A stretch of DNA of 64,000 nucleotides from the NCBI GenBank assembly GCA_025963715.1, contig JAOQAG010000026.1, forward strand, positions 80,327 to 144,326, given 5' to 3'. Both the position numbers and the translations under genes were made by a program. The notes beneath the pieces are model-generated. The model did no database searches and had not been told where the DNA came from. It saw nothing but the letters and a program-made list of their open reading frames with translations. Positions 8,589 through 18,998 of the stretch are shown in pieces. Numbering within the stretch: position 1 is the first letter of the stretch; every line of letters starts with the position of its first letter. The stretch comes from Bacteroidota bacterium (GTDB lineage Bacteria > Bacteroidota > Bacteroidia > 2-12-FULL-35-15).

Positions 8589-10127
8589 TTTCAATCCCAT
8601 TAATACTTTTTTGAAGCTCACTTTTTCATCAATGATCGCGGCAAGTGCGTCAATATTGACACGTTCCTGCGTCATTGTATCGCGGTGGCGGATCGTAACC
8701 GTATTATCTTCCAGCGATTGATGATCGATAGTAATGCAAAACGGTGTTCCGATCGCATCCTGGCGGCGGTAACGCTTCCCGATCGTATCTTTTTCATCAT
8801 ACGCAGTTGCATGATCAAATTTCAACAGATCCATGATCTCACGCGCTTTTTCAGGCAAACCGTCTTTTTTTACCAAAGGCAATACTGCCACTTTTATCGG
8901 CGCTAAAAATGCCGGTAAGTTCAACGCTACACGGGTAGTACCGTCTTCCAGCTTTTCTTCAATATATGCTTTCGACATCACCGCTAAAAATAAGCGGTCC
9001 AGTCCTACCGATGTTTCCACCACGTAAGGCACATAATTCTGATTCAGCTCCGGATCAAAATACTGCAATTTTTTACCGGAATGCTGTTCATGTGCTTTCA
9101 GATCGAAATCCGTACGCGAGTGAATTCCTTCCAGCTCTTTAAAGCCAAACGGAAAATTAAATTCAATATCGCAGGCTGCATTTGCATAATGCGCTAATTT
9201 AATATGATCGTGGAAACGGTAGTTTTTTTCTCCAAAACCCAACGAATTATGCCATTTCATACGGGTTTCCTTCCAGTAGTTATACCATTCCATTTCCGTT
9301 CCGGGACGAACAAAATATTGCATTTCCATTTGTTCGAATTCACGCATCCGGAAAATAAACTGGCGTGCAACAATCTCGTTACGGAATGCTTTACCCGTTT
9401 GTGCAATCCCAAACGGCACTTTCATCCGTCCCGATTTTTGCACATTTAAAAAATTCACAAAAATCCCCTGCGCCGTTTCCGGACGAAGATAAATGGTACT
9501 TGCATCTTCGCTCACAGAACCCATTGCCGTGCTGAACATCAGGTTGAACTGACGAACTTCCGTCCAGTTTTTTGTTCCCGAGACCGGGCACACAATTTCC
9601 GCATCTATAATGATCTGGCGAACTTCTTCTAAATTATTTGCTTCCAGCGCCGTTTTAAAACGGTTCAGGATCGCATCCGCTTTCGCCTGGTTTTCCAGTA
9701 CACGCGCATTGGTTGCACGAAATTGCGCTTCGTCAAATGTATCACCAAAACGTTCTTTCGCTTTGTCCACTTCCTTCTGGATCTTCCCCTCTATTTTCGC
9801 TACATGGTCTTCGATCAGCACATCGGCGCGGTATCTTTTTTTACTATCCTTATTATCGATCAGCGGGTCATTAAAAGCATCCACGTGCCCGGATGCCTTC
9901 CAGGTAGTAGGATGCATAAAGATTGCCGCATCAATCCCCACAATATTCTCGTGCATCTGCACCATCGCTTTCCACCAGTAATCACGCAGGTTTTTTTTCA
10001 GCTCCACACCCATCTGGCCGTAATCGTACACAGCGCTTAAACCGTCGTAAATTTCACTGCTTTGAAAAATAAATCCGTACTCTTTTGAGTGCGAAATAAT
10101 GTTCTTAAAAAGATCTTCCTGGTTCAT
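8586..10127 (-). CDS. glyQS: Glycine--tRNA ligase (homodimeric alpha2 type)
   Basis: 513 aa. The N-terminus MNQEDLFKNIISHSKEYGFIFQSSEIYDGLSAVYDYGQMGVELKKNL is characteristic of class II GlyRS (GlyQS). Confidence 0.9.
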   Translation of the reverse strand: MNQEDLFKNIISHSKEYGFIFQSSEIYDGLSAVYDYGQMGVELKKNLRDYWWKAMVQMHENIVGIDAAIFMHPTTWKASGHVDAFNDPLIDNKDSKKRYRADVLIEDHVAKIEGKIQKEVDKAKERFGDTFDEAQFRATNARVLENQAKADAILNRFKTALEANNLEEVRQIIIDAEIVCPVSGTKNWTEVRQFNLMFSTAMGSVSEDASTIYLRPETAQGIFVNFLNVQKSGRMKVPFGIAQTGKAFRNEIVARQFIFRMREFEQMEMQYFVRPGTEMEWYNYWKETRMKWHNSLGFGEKNYRFHDHIKLAHYANAACDIEFNFPFGFKELEGIHSRTDFDLKAHEQHSGKKLQYFDPELNQNYVPYVVETSVGLDRLFLAVMSKAYIEEKLEDGTTRVALNLPAFLAPIKVAVLPLVKKDGLPEKAREIMDLLKFDHATAYDEKDTIGKRYRRQDAIGTPFCITIDHQSLEDNTVTIRHRDTMTQERVNIDALAAIIDEKVSFKKVLMGLK

Positions 10128-10163
10128 AGTGGCGCAAAATTAGAAATAAAATTGAAGAATTTT

Positions 10164-10192
10164 TTGAGGATCGCCTAATTGTTATATATTTG
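10164..10192 (+). promoter_or_regulatory. Bacteroidetes sigma-A type promoter for the collagen-like operon
   Basis: -33 TTG (10164-10166), an 18-nt spacer, then -7 TATATTTG (10185-10192), matching TTG/TAnnTTTG. It lies inside the listed ORF start at 10179, which argues for the ATG at 10215. Confidence 0.45.
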
Positions 10193-10214
10193 GTACAGGA
10201 TCAAACTCATAAAA

Positions 10215-10700
10215 ATGAAACATTATTTCGTACTTTCTATTACCTGCTGCTTGATAGTACTAAGCGCAAAATCGCAGAGTGTTGCACCACAGGTGATTTC
10301 TACTTCGGGCACCAGCTTCAGCAATGCTTCCGGCCAGCTCGACTGGACCATCGGAGAACCCGTAACTTCCGCTTTGAGCGCTTCCGGCAACCAGCTGACC
10401 CAGGGCTTTCATCAGCCCAACCTGGTAATAACCGCGGTGAACGACCTTGCCGCTGATTACTCGGTAAACGTATACCCAAACCCAACCGTTGATTACGTTA
10501 CACTTCACTTCAACAATTTAAAAGAAACGCTTACGATCGAATTATATACAACCGATGGTAAACTATTGGAATCAAAGCAGGTAAACACACTTACAGATCT
10601 GCAGCTGAGCATGGCCGATTATGCTGCCGGAACGTATTTGCTTGCTTTAAGGACAACTAATTCTGCCACTAAAAATTACAAAATAATTAAATCCCATTGA
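10215..10700 (+). CDS. Small secreted protein with a T9SS type-A C-terminal sorting domain (Por_Secre_tail)
   Basis: Signal peptide [22 protein letters not shown]. The C-terminal ~80 aa ([20 protein letters not shown]...[23 protein letters not shown]) fits the type-A CTD. The start was moved to 10215 because of the promoter position. Confidence 0.7.
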   Translation: MKHYFVLSITCCLIVLSAKSQSVAPQVISTSGTSFSNASGQLDWTIGEPVTSALSASGNQLTQGFHQPNLVITAVNDLAADYSVNVYPNPTVDYVTLHFNNLKETLTIELYTTDGKLLESKQVNTLTDLQLSMADYAAGTYLLALRTTNSATKNYKIIKSH

Positions 10701-10719
10701 TCCAAATACCCGTACACAC

Positions 10720-11718
10720 ATGAAAAAACTATACTTATTCCTGATATTCAATTGTTTTATAGCTGTGGTATTTGCACAGGCCCCGCAGGGTTTTAATTAC
10801 CAGGCAGTAGCGCGTGATGCTTCCGGCGTGGCTTTAATCAATCAATCCGTTGGCCTGCAAATAAGTCTGTTACAGGGCAGCGCTACAGGAACAGCCGTTT
10901 ATACCGAAACACATACTCTTACTTCCAGCAACATTGGGTTATTAAACCTGACGATTGGTAACGGAACACCGGTTACAGGCACGTTCAGCAGCATTAATTG
11001 GGCGGCAGGCCCTTATTTTGTTGAGATCAGCATGGATGTTACCGGCGGAACAAGTTATGTGCTGATGGGAACACAACAATTAATGAGCGTACCTTATGCA
11101 TTATTTGCTGCCAACAGTGCCAGCGGAGTTGCAGGAGCAACAGGTGCTACCGGAAACGATGGCGCAACCGGAGCAACAGGCCCAATGGGACCAATGGGCA
11201 TGGGGATGCCAGGCATGCCTGGTAGTAATGGAGCAACAGGAGTTACAGGTGCAACAGGAAATACAGGTACTACAGGAGTTGTAGGAACTACAGGTGTTAC
11301 AGGCGCCACAGGAACTACCGGGGCAACAGGAGTTGCAGGAGTAACCGGTGTAACGGGAACAACAGGAGCTACCGGTGCAACACCAGCTTTTGCTGTTCAG
11401 TTCAATTTAGTGGATAACGGTTCGTTTTCAGCATGGCTGATCGGAAACACTTCCGATTATGTTTCCGGATCCAACTCAAATCCTACACTTACGCTGTACC
11501 GCGGCTTTACTTATTATTTTAATGTAACGATAAGCGGGCACCCTTTCCGGATTGCTTCTACCGCCGCATTCCCGGGAACTCCTTTTAACACAGGCGTTAC
11601 CAACCAGGATGCACAAGGCAGCATACTTATTTTTAAAGTACCGATGGACGCACCTTCCACATTGTATTATCACTGTATTTTTCACAGTGGCATGACCGGC
11701 GTGATCAATATTCTATAA
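10720..11718 (+). CDS. Secreted collagen-like (Gly-X-Y repeat) protein with a C-terminal cupredoxin (amicyanin/plastocyanin-like blue-copper) domain
   Basis: Signal peptide. ~115-aa N-domain shared with the next gene. ~80 uninterrupted G-X-Y triplets ([39 protein letters not shown]...). C-terminal ~110 aa with GHPFRI and [16 protein letters not shown], i.e. His...Cys-x2-His-x2-Met, very close to amicyanin MPHNVHF...YDYHCTPHPFMRGKVVV. Confidence 0.8.
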   Translation: MKKLYLFLIFNCFIAVVFAQAPQGFNYQAVARDASGVALINQSVGLQISLLQGSATGTAVYTETHTLTSSNIGLLNLTIGNGTPVTGTFSSINWAAGPYFVEISMDVTGGTSYVLMGTQQLMSVPYALFAANSASGVAGATGATGNDGATGATGPMGPMGMGMPGMPGSNGATGVTGATGNTGTTGVVGTTGVTGATGTTGATGVAGVTGVTGTTGATGATPAFAVQFNLVDNGSFSAWLIGNTSDYVSGSNSNPTLTLYRGFTYYFNVTISGHPFRIASTAAFPGTPFNTGVTNQDAQGSILIFKVPMDAPSTLYYHCIFHSGMTGVINIL

Positions 11719-11745
11719 TTAAAATCCTCTAATAAAAAACCGTAC

Positions 11746-13734
11746 ATGAAAAAATTACTTCTACTCCTCCTCTTAAATGGACTTATCATTAATTCATTTG
11801 CACAGGCCCCACAGGGCTTTAACTACCAGGCCGTGGCACGCGATGCTTCCGGTGTGGCGCTTACCAACCAGGCCATTGGCTTACAGATCAGCCTCCGCCA
11901 GGGAACTGCCAGCGGAACCATCGTATATACCGAAACACATGCACTTACTTCCAACAATCTTGGATTATTAAATTTAGTAGTGGGAAACGGAACTCCCGTA
12001 ACCGGCACTTTTAATAGCATCGACTGGGCTGCCGGGTCTTACTTCATTGAAATAAGCATGGATGTAACCGGCGGAACAAGTTATGTGCTGATGGGAACAC
12101 AACAATTAATGAGTGTGCCATACGCATTATATGCAGCAAATGCGGGTAGTTCTGCTGGTGCTACAGGTGCAACTGGAATTACGGGCGCAACAGGAAATAA
12201 CGGAGCAGACGGCGCAACGGGCGCTACAGGAATAGCCGGAGCTACAGGAATGAATGGAACAGATGGTGCCACAGGAAATACAGGCCTTGCCGGAACTACA
12301 GGAGCAACAGGAAACGATGGTGCAACCGGGCCAATGGGCCCAATGGGGATGGGAATGCCAGGCATGCCTGGTAGCAATGGAGCTACCGGTACAACTGGTA
12401 TAACAGGAGCTACCGGAGCAGGAGTTGCAGGAACTACAGGGGCTACAGGAACAACAGGAGCAAATGGAACCACTGGTGCAACAGGTATTACCGGAGCGAC
12501 AGGCGCTGGAGTTGCTGGAACAACCGGTGTAACAGGTACAACAGGTGTGAGTGGAACCACTGGCGCAACAGGTATTACCGGGGCGACAGGTGCAGGTGTA
12601 GCCGGAACAACCGGTGTAACAGGTACAACAGGTGTGAGTGGAACCACTGGGGCTACAGGTATAACAGGAGCTACCGGGGCAGGAGTTGCAGGGGCTGCCG
12701 GAGTAACAGGAACTACAGGAGCAAATGGAACCACTGGGGCTACAGGTATAACAGGAGCAACAGGAACGGGAATTACTGGAGCAACAGGAACTACAGGTAC
12801 GAATGGGAATACTGGTGCAATTGGTATCACAGGAGCTACGGGTGTAGGAATTGCCGGAACTACAGGAGTAACCGGCGCTACAGGTGCGAATGGAACTACC
12901 GGTACTACAGGAGTTTCCGGAACAACGGGTGCAACAGGTATCGGTTACGGCGGCACTTCCAATTCACCAAAAACGCTGGGCACAGGCCCAGGAAAAACAT
13001 ATAGTACACAAGCCGGCCTTGCTTATATCGCAGGAGAGCGCATCAGGTTTGTTGACCAGACAACTTCAACTAACTTTATGGAAGGAACCATTGTTTCTTA
13101 CATTGGCACTACTATAGTCGCTAACATCGATAATGCGGGGGGAGCATTAGGAACAATAGTAAATAACTGGAACCTTAGTGTGGGAGGAAATTTAGGGACT
13201 ACGGGTGTAACGGGTTCAACCGGAGTTGTGGGAAGTGCAGGCGCCACAGGGATTACCGGAGCAACCGGAACCGGAGTTGCCGGAGCGACAGGCTCAACAG
13301 GCGCTACAGGCCCTGCCGGAAGTGCATCCTCCGAATATGCTTACATCTATAATACATCCGCACAATTTGTAACTTTAGGCCAAGCCGTTACATTTGATAC
13401 CAACGGGCCTCTTTCAGCTAACATTACACATAACCCCGGAGTTTCCTATATTTTTATAAATGTATCGGGAGTTTATAAAATTGAATTCTCAGTTTCCGGT
13501 GTTCAAACCAATCAATTCTCCATTTATCAGAATGGCGCATCTGTTGCTGGTGCCAGGTACGGTGCTGCTACCGGGACTACGCAAACTACCGGATTCGTGA
13601 TCATTAATGTTGTTGCAGGTGATGTGATCCAGTTAAACAATACCGGCTCGCCCGGCAGTACAAACCTGTCGGCAAACACAGGCGGGTCACTGGCTGCTGT
13701 AAATGCTTCTATCCTGATCACAAAATTAAATTAA
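11746..13734 (+). CDS. Secreted collagen-like (Gly-X-Y repeat) protein with a C-terminal BclA/C1q-like jelly-roll domain
   Basis: The N-domain is ~85% identical to the previous gene. Long G-X-Y tracts with 27-aa perfect repeats. The C-terminus (…[18 protein letters not shown]...[47 protein letters not shown]) resembles the BclA C-terminal / C1q-TNF fold. Confidence 0.75.
   Translation: MKKLLLLLLLNGLIINSFAQAPQGFNYQAVARDASGVALTNQAIGLQISLRQGTASGTIVYTETHALTSNNLGLLNLVVGNGTPVTGTFNSIDWAAGSYFIEISMDVTGGTSYVLMGTQQLMSVPYALYAANAGSSAGATGATGITGATGNNGADGATGATGIAGATGMNGTDGATGNTGLAGTTGATGNDGATGPMGPMGMGMPGMPGSNGATGTTGITGATGAGVAGTTGATGTTGANGTTGATGITGATGAGVAGTTGVTGTTGVSGTTGATGITGATGAGVAGTTGVTGTTGVSGTTGATGITGATGAGVAGAAGVTGTTGANGTTGATGITGATGTGITGATGTTGTNGNTGAIGITGATGVGIAGTTGVTGATGANGTTGTTGVSGTTGATGIGYGGTSNSPKTLGTGPGKTYSTQAGLAYIAGERIRFVDQTTSTNFMEGTIVSYIGTTIVANIDNAGGALGTIVNNWNLSVGGNLGTTGVTGSTGVVGSAGATGITGATGTGVAGATGSTGATGPAGSASSEYAYIYNTSAQFVTLGQAVTFDTNGPLSANITHNPGVSYIFINVSGVYKIEFSVSGVQTNQFSIYQNGASVAGARYGAATGTTQTTGFVIINVVAGDVIQLNNTGSPGSTNLSANTGGSLAAVNASILITKLN
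12480..12730. repeat. Near-perfect 81-bp tandem repeats within the collagen-like gene (27-aa [29 protein letters not shown] units)
   Basis: ggaacaaccggtgtaacaggtacaacaggtgtgagtggaaccactgg occurs at 12517-12563 and again exactly 81 bp later at 12598-12644, with further degenerate copies on both sides. Confidence 0.8.
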
Positions 13735-13756
13735 ACAGTTTTTTATAAAAGCCAAT

Positions 13757-13793
13757 ACAGGCGCGGGTATACTATCCGCGCCTGTTTTTATTT
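13757..13793 (+). terminator. Rho-independent terminator at the end of the collagen-like operon
   Basis: ACAGGCGCGG-gtatactat-CCGCGCCTGT followed by TTTTTATTT. Confidence 0.75.
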
Positions 13794-13934
13794 GCCACAG
13801 ATGCACAGATTAAAAAAACAATAAAAAATTGCACAAATTCTTTCAAAATCGCAATGCGATTTTTTTTTCTGTGTAATTTAATCTTAATAAAAAAATCTGT
13901 GAATCTGTGGCATTCCCTTTTACACAAAGCAAAC

Positions 13935-14030
13935 ACACAGATTGGTATATTAGTAAAAATTGGTATTTAGTAGATTTAAATCCGCCTCATCCGCGTTCCA
14001 TCACACAGATTCGTAGTTTGGTTCCTGTTC
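13935..14030. repeat. Repeat family E (cacacagattggtatattagtaaaaattggtatttagtagat) followed by a family D-like module
   Basis: Family E copies also at 20197-20235 and 23508-23553. The D-like part is catcacacagattcgtagtttggttcctgttcgctatctgcac. Confidence 0.6.
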
Positions 14031-14064
14031 GCTATCTGCACCTAAATTTTCGTATTTTTGCAGC

Positions 14065-14628
14065 ATGATAGCAATTGACAACACCATCGTTTCGGAGCAT
14101 TTACTGGAGAAAAAATTTGTTTGCGACCTCAATGCCTGTAAAGGAGAATGTTGTGTAGCAGGTGATTCGGGCGCACCGCTGGATGAAGAAGAGATCGCCA
14201 TCATGGAAGACATCTGGGAAGAGGTAAAACCTTATTTACCCAAAGACGGTGTGAAAGCCATTGAAAAACAAGGTGTTTTTGTGATCGATGATGATGGCGA
14301 TTACACCACGCCCTTAGTAAAAGGCAAACACTGCGCATTCACCATTTTTAATGATGGCATTGCCAAATGCGGCATTGAGCAGGCATATTACGATAAAAAG
14401 ATCAGTTGGAAAAAACCGGTTTCCTGTCATTTATACCCGGTGCGCATTACAAAATACAAAGATTACGATGCCGTAAATTATCACAAATGGGACATCTGTA
14501 AACCTGCCTGCGAGTGTGGCAGCAAGTTGAACGTTCCTGTATATAAATTTTTGCGCGAACCGCTCATTCGTAAATATGGTGAAAATTGGTACAAACAATT
14601 GGAACTTGCCGATAAATTAAAAAAGTAA
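14065..14628 (+). CDS. DUF3109 family protein (Cys-rich, Bacteroidetes-conserved)
   Basis: 187 aa. CDLNACKGECCVAGDSGAPL...CHLYPVRI...CKPACECG cysteine pattern typical of DUF3109. Confidence 0.7.
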   Translation: MIAIDNTIVSEHLLEKKFVCDLNACKGECCVAGDSGAPLDEEEIAIMEDIWEEVKPYLPKDGVKAIEKQGVFVIDDDGDYTTPLVKGKHCAFTIFNDGIAKCGIEQAYYDKKISWKKPVSCHLYPVRITKYKDYDAVNYHKWDICKPACECGSKLNVPVYKFLREPLIRKYGENWYKQLELADKLKK

Positions 14629-15040
14629 TCCCTTCCAAAATATTGATTTTACTACCCTTTTCAGCATACACCAACCCGAAACAGCACTACTTCTAATTGT
14701 GCATTTTTTTCGATTACTGCAAATTTTTTGGAGGATTATTTTTAGTTTTTTTTCCAGTTTTCTTAAACTGCTGTTTTCTAACACATTGGTCAATTTTCAA
14801 CATTCGTCTGTTAATTCTCCGTGTTTATAACTTCGGGCAAATGTTAATTCAATACACTTGACTAGCCAGTTTTTTTTCCAAACATTTGTAGACCACAATT
14901 TCAATAAGCAATACTTTATTAATTAGCTCAAAAAGAAAGAGATAGCCTTTCAGGGGAATTTTTCCCTCTAATTTTAAGGGTTAAGAAATTGTAACGATTT
15001 GAATACCAAAAGATTACACCAGTTTTAAGAGAATATATAA

Positions 15041-16006
15041 ATGGAAGAGCCAATTTTAAAAGAAAATAAAGACCGTTTTGTTTTATTCCCCATAAAACAC
15101 AATGAGATTTGGGAAATGTACAAAAAAGCGGAAGCGAGTTTTTGGACTGCCGAAGAAATTGACCTCGGCCCGGATTTGACTGATTGGGAAAATAAACTGA
15201 ATGATGACGAGAAACATTTCATTAAACATGTGCTTGCTTTTTTTGCTGCAAGCGATGGAATTGTAAATGAAAACCTGGCGATCAATTTCATGAACGAAGT
15301 ACAATATCCGGAAGCACGCTGTTTTTACGGCTTCCAGATCATGATGGAAAATATCCATTCCGAAACCTACTCGTTACTGATCGACACCTACATCAAAGAT
15401 CCGAAAGAAAAAGATATGCTTTTGCACTCCATAGATACATTGCCATGTGTTGGAAAAAAAGCAGACTGGGCACTTAAATGGATCGGTAACGGAACATTTG
15501 CTGAACGTTTAATTGCTTTTGCTGCTGTGGAAGGCATTTTCTTCTCCGGAAGCTTTTGCTCCCTGTTCTGGTTAAAAAAACGCGGATTAATGCCGGGATT
15601 GACCTTCTCTAACGAGCTTATCTCCCGCGATGAAGGATTACATTGCGATTTTGCCTGTTTGCTGTACGCACAGCTTACCAACAAACTGCCAAAAGAAAAA
15701 GTAACCGACATCATTACCAATGCCGTGATGATCGAAAAAGATTTTGTTTCCGATGCATTACCGGTAAGACTCATCGGGATGAACTCCGATATGATGTGCC
15801 AGTACATCGAGTTTGTTGCAGATAGATTGCTCGTAGCACTCGGTTGCCCGAAAGCATACAACGCTACCAACCCTTTCGATTTTATGGAACTGATCTCCCT
15901 GCAGGGAAAAACCAATTTCTTCGAAAAACGCGTGGCAGAATACCAAAAAGCCGGTGTTACCGGAAATAAAGAAGACAATACTTTCAGCCTCGATGCTGAT
16001 TTTTAA
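15041..16006 (+). CDS. nrdB: Ribonucleoside-diphosphate reductase beta subunit (class Ia R2)
   Basis: 321 aa. Di-iron ligand regions (…[12 protein letters not shown]…, [29 protein letters not shown]) and the C-terminal tail are typical of NrdB/R2. Confidence 0.9.
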   Translation: MEEPILKENKDRFVLFPIKHNEIWEMYKKAEASFWTAEEIDLGPDLTDWENKLNDDEKHFIKHVLAFFAASDGIVNENLAINFMNEVQYPEARCFYGFQIMMENIHSETYSLLIDTYIKDPKEKDMLLHSIDTLPCVGKKADWALKWIGNGTFAERLIAFAAVEGIFFSGSFCSLFWLKKRGLMPGLTFSNELISRDEGLHCDFACLLYAQLTNKLPKEKVTDIITNAVMIEKDFVSDALPVRLIGMNSDMMCQYIEFVADRLLVALGCPKAYNATNPFDFMELISLQGKTNFFEKRVAEYQKAGVTGNKEDNTFSLDADF

Positions 16007-16133
16007 AAAAAGTAATTTGTATTTAGTCATTAGTAATTCAGACTAAATGCCAATAAAAAAGGAAAGAAATTAAAATTAAAAAGAGACTACTCAAACACCA
16101 TACTAATTACTAAATACTTAATACCCACGATAT

Positions 16134-18566
16134 ATGTACGTAATAAAAAGAGACGGTAACCGCGAATCGGTAAAATTCGACAAGATCACAGCACGCATCC
16201 AAAAACTATGCTATGGCCTGGATCCAATCCATGTAACTCCCATCAGCGTTGCCATGAAGGTAATTGAAGGGATTTACGAAGGTGTAACTACCAGCGAACT
16301 GGATAACCTTGCTGCCGAAACTGCTGCTTCGCTTACCACTAAACATCCCGATTACGCGCTTTTAGCAAGCCGCATTGCAGTATCCAACCTGCACAAAAAC
16401 ACCAATAAATCATTCTCGAAAACCATGGATGATCTGTACACCTACATCGATCCGAAAACCGGCAAAAAAGCGCCGCTGATCGCTGACGATGTACACGAGA
16501 TCATTACCAAAAATGCACAGGAGCTGGATTCCACCATCATCTATGACCGCGATTTCGGTTACGATTATTTTGGTTTCAAAACACTGGAGCGTTCGTATTT
16601 ATTGAAACTGAACGGACAAATTGCTGAGCGCCCTCAACACATGATCATGCGCGTTGCCGTAGGCATCCACAAAGATGATATTGCTTCCGCGATTGAAACA
16701 TACAACCTGATGAGCGAGCGTTGGTTCACACACGCTACACCTACATTGTTCAATGCAGGTACACCAAAACCGCAAATGTCGTCCTGCTTTTTATTAACGG
16801 CAAAAGACGATAGCATCGATGGTATTTACGATACATTAAAATCCTGCGCAAAAATTTCACAAAGCGCCGGTGGCATCGGTTTGAGCATTCACAACATCCG
16901 TGCAACGGGATCATACATCCGCGGTACAAACGGTACATCCAACGGAATTGTTCCGATGCTGCGCGTATTCAATGATACTGCACGTTACGTGGATCAGGGC
17001 GGCGGAAAACGCAAAGGTTCCTTTGCAATTTACCTGGAGCCATGGCATGCGGATATCGCTGATTTCCTTGACCTGCGTAAAAACAACGGTAAAGAAGAAA
17101 TGCGTGCCCGCGATTTGTTTACAGCAATGTGGACGCCGGATCTGTTCATGAAACGCGTAGAAGACAATGCTGAATGGAGCTTATTCTGTCCGAACGAAGC
17201 ACCGGGACTGGCAGAATGCTGGGGTGAAGAATTTGAAGCATTGTATACCAGATACGAAAGAGAAGGCAAAGCACGCAAAACCATCCAGGCACGTGATCTT
17301 TGGTCGGCGATCATCCAATCACAGATCGAAACCGGAAACCCATACATGCTTTACAAAGATGCAGCAAACCGTAAATCCAACCAGCAGAATTTAGGTACGA
17401 TCAAATCGTCGAACCTGTGCTGCGAGATCATGGAATATACTGCACCGGACGAGATCGCTGTATGTAACCTGGCTTCTATTGCCTTGAACCGTTTTGTAGA
17501 AGACGGAAAATTCAATCACCAAAAATTATTTGATGTAACGTATGTCATCACCAAAAATTTAAACAAGATCATCGATCGCAATTATTACCCGGTTGCAGAA
17601 GCACGTTATTCCAACATGCGTCACCGCCCGATCGGAATCGGAGTTCAAGGTTTGGCTGATGCCTTTATCCTGATGCGTTTCCCGTTTGATTCTCCGGAAG
17701 CAGCATTATTGAACAAAGAAATTCACGAAACGATCTATTACGCAGCAATGACTGCTTCTAAAGATCTGGCAATGGTAGATGGTGCTTACGAAACATTTGC
17801 AGGTTCACCGGTATCAAAAGGAGTTTTCCAATTCGATATGTGGGGAGTAACACCATCCAACCGTTGGGAATGGGACATTTTAAAAGAAGAAGTGAAAAAA
17901 CACGGCGTGCGTAACTCTTTATTGTTAGCGCCAATGCCAACAGCAAGCACATCGCAGATCCTTGGTAACAACGAGTGTTTTGAACCCTATACATCCAACA
18001 TCTATTCAAGACGCGTATTGTCCGGTGAGTTCATCATCGTAAACAAACACTTATTGAAAGACCTGGTAAAATTAGGGATCTGGAACGATCGTTTAAAAAG
18101 CAAGATCATCGGTGCAAACGGTTCCGTACAAGGCATTGCCGAAATTCCGGACAATATCAAAGCATTGTACAAAACAGTGTGGGAGATCTCTCAGAAAGTG
18201 ATCATCAACATGGCTGCAGATCGTGGCGCTTACATTTGCCAATCGCAATCCCTGAATTTATTTGTACAGGATGCCAACTTTGCAAAATTATCAAGTATGC
18301 ACTTCTACGGTTGGAAAGCCGGTTTAAAAACAGGAATGTATTACTTACGCACCAAAGCTGCTGCTGATGCAATTAAATTTACAGTAGAAGCAGAAACAGC
18401 AACAGAAATTCCTGAAGTATTGGGCAACGAAGATGTGTTGGTGTTAGAGCGCCAGCAACAAATGAGCGCAGAGCGCCAGGCATTGATGGAAGCAGAGGCG
18501 GAAAAAGCAGCACAGATCTCCTGCTCGCTTGATAACCCGGATGCATGCGAAGCGTGTGGAAGTTAA
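16134..18566 (+). CDS. nrdA: Ribonucleoside-diphosphate reductase alpha subunit (class Ia R1) with an N-terminal ATP-cone
   Basis: 810 aa. ATP-cone start ([20 protein letters not shown]). Active-site Cys/Asn/Glu region ([11 protein letters not shown]). C-terminal CxxC tail (DACEACGS). Confidence 0.9.
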   Translation: MYVIKRDGNRESVKFDKITARIQKLCYGLDPIHVTPISVAMKVIEGIYEGVTTSELDNLAAETAASLTTKHPDYALLASRIAVSNLHKNTNKSFSKTMDDLYTYIDPKTGKKAPLIADDVHEIITKNAQELDSTIIYDRDFGYDYFGFKTLERSYLLKLNGQIAERPQHMIMRVAVGIHKDDIASAIETYNLMSERWFTHATPTLFNAGTPKPQMSSCFLLTAKDDSIDGIYDTLKSCAKISQSAGGIGLSIHNIRATGSYIRGTNGTSNGIVPMLRVFNDTARYVDQGGGKRKGSFAIYLEPWHADIADFLDLRKNNGKEEMRARDLFTAMWTPDLFMKRVEDNAEWSLFCPNEAPGLAECWGEEFEALYTRYEREGKARKTIQARDLWSAIIQSQIETGNPYMLYKDAANRKSNQQNLGTIKSSNLCCEIMEYTAPDEIAVCNLASIALNRFVEDGKFNHQKLFDVTYVITKNLNKIIDRNYYPVAEARYSNMRHRPIGIGVQGLADAFILMRFPFDSPEAALLNKEIHETIYYAAMTASKDLAMVDGAYETFAGSPVSKGVFQFDMWGVTPSNRWEWDILKEEVKKHGVRNSLLLAPMPTASTSQILGNNECFEPYTSNIYSRRVLSGEFIIVNKHLLKDLVKLGIWNDRLKSKIIGANGSVQGIAEIPDNIKALYKTVWEISQKVIINMAADRGAYICQSQSLNLFVQDANFAKLSSMHFYGWKAGLKTGMYYLRTKAAADAIKFTVEAETATEIPEVLGNEDVLVLERQQQMSAERQALMEAEAEKAAQISCSLDNPDACEACGS

Positions 18567-18596
18567 TACATTAATCATTTGAACATAAGTGAACAA

Positions 18597-18633
18597 AAAC
18601 CCTAGCAAAATTTGCTAGGGTTTTTGTTTTTTT
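18597..18633 (+). terminator. Rho-independent terminator after nrdA
   Basis: AAACCCTAGCAAA-a-TTTGCTAGGGTTT followed by a T-run. Confidence 0.75.
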
Positions 18634-18654
18634 GTAAAATAAATGAAAATTAGT

Positions 18655-18808
18655 TTGCAAATGTCAAAAAAATTCCTTACCTTTGTAAGGAGTTCGAAAG
18701 ATAAGCATTACAAAATAGATTTATCTATTTAAATGATATAGTAAATTACATGAATAAATAAAATTACATAGAAATAAAAAAACCGGAGAGATCCCCGGTT
18801 TTATTGAA
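18655..18808 (+). ncRNA. Candidate small noncoding RNA: promoter, ~115-nt structured region and terminator, with no ORF
   Basis: -33 TTG (18655-57), 20-nt spacer, -7 TACCTTTG (18678-85). Internal hairpin AAATAGAT-tt-ATCTATTT (18712-31). Terminator-like ACCGG-agagatcc-CCGGT plus TTTTATT at 18783-18808. Only ORFs of 2-3 codons. Confidence 0.25.
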
Positions 18809-18998
18809 TTAGAGAAGTTGGAACCTTCTACATATTCGGCAATTAACTCTCCAAATATACTTATTCGATAAAATACCTGCAAGGATTTCTCTTTCATTTT
18901 TTAATCTATGTGCAATTATTTCAAATCGCTTCACTGAAATAATTGTACTCGACAATAAAAATTATTGTGAGATAAACGAGCAGAAAGGAGGTTAAAAA

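Noticed and set aside
8297-8614. 105-aa ORF
   Set aside because: It lies entirely over repeat family A, C and D sequences and the glyQS terminator. Low-complexity translation.
10179-10214. Listed upstream start MLYIWYRIKLIK
   Set aside because: The predicted -7 promoter box sits inside this segment. The signal peptide begins at the ATG at 10215.
12081-12830. 249-aa minus-strand ORF rich in PVAPV
   Set aside because: It is the antisense reading of the GGNGCNACNGGN collagen repeats. It has no start context and mirrors the sense-strand Gly-X-Y gene. Likewise 11094-11309.
15388-15978. 196-aa minus-strand ORF
   Set aside because: Antisense within nrdB, whose identity is unambiguous. Similar antisense ORFs within actB (44944-45441), the OmpA gene (30855-31424), infB and nrdA were rejected for the same reason.
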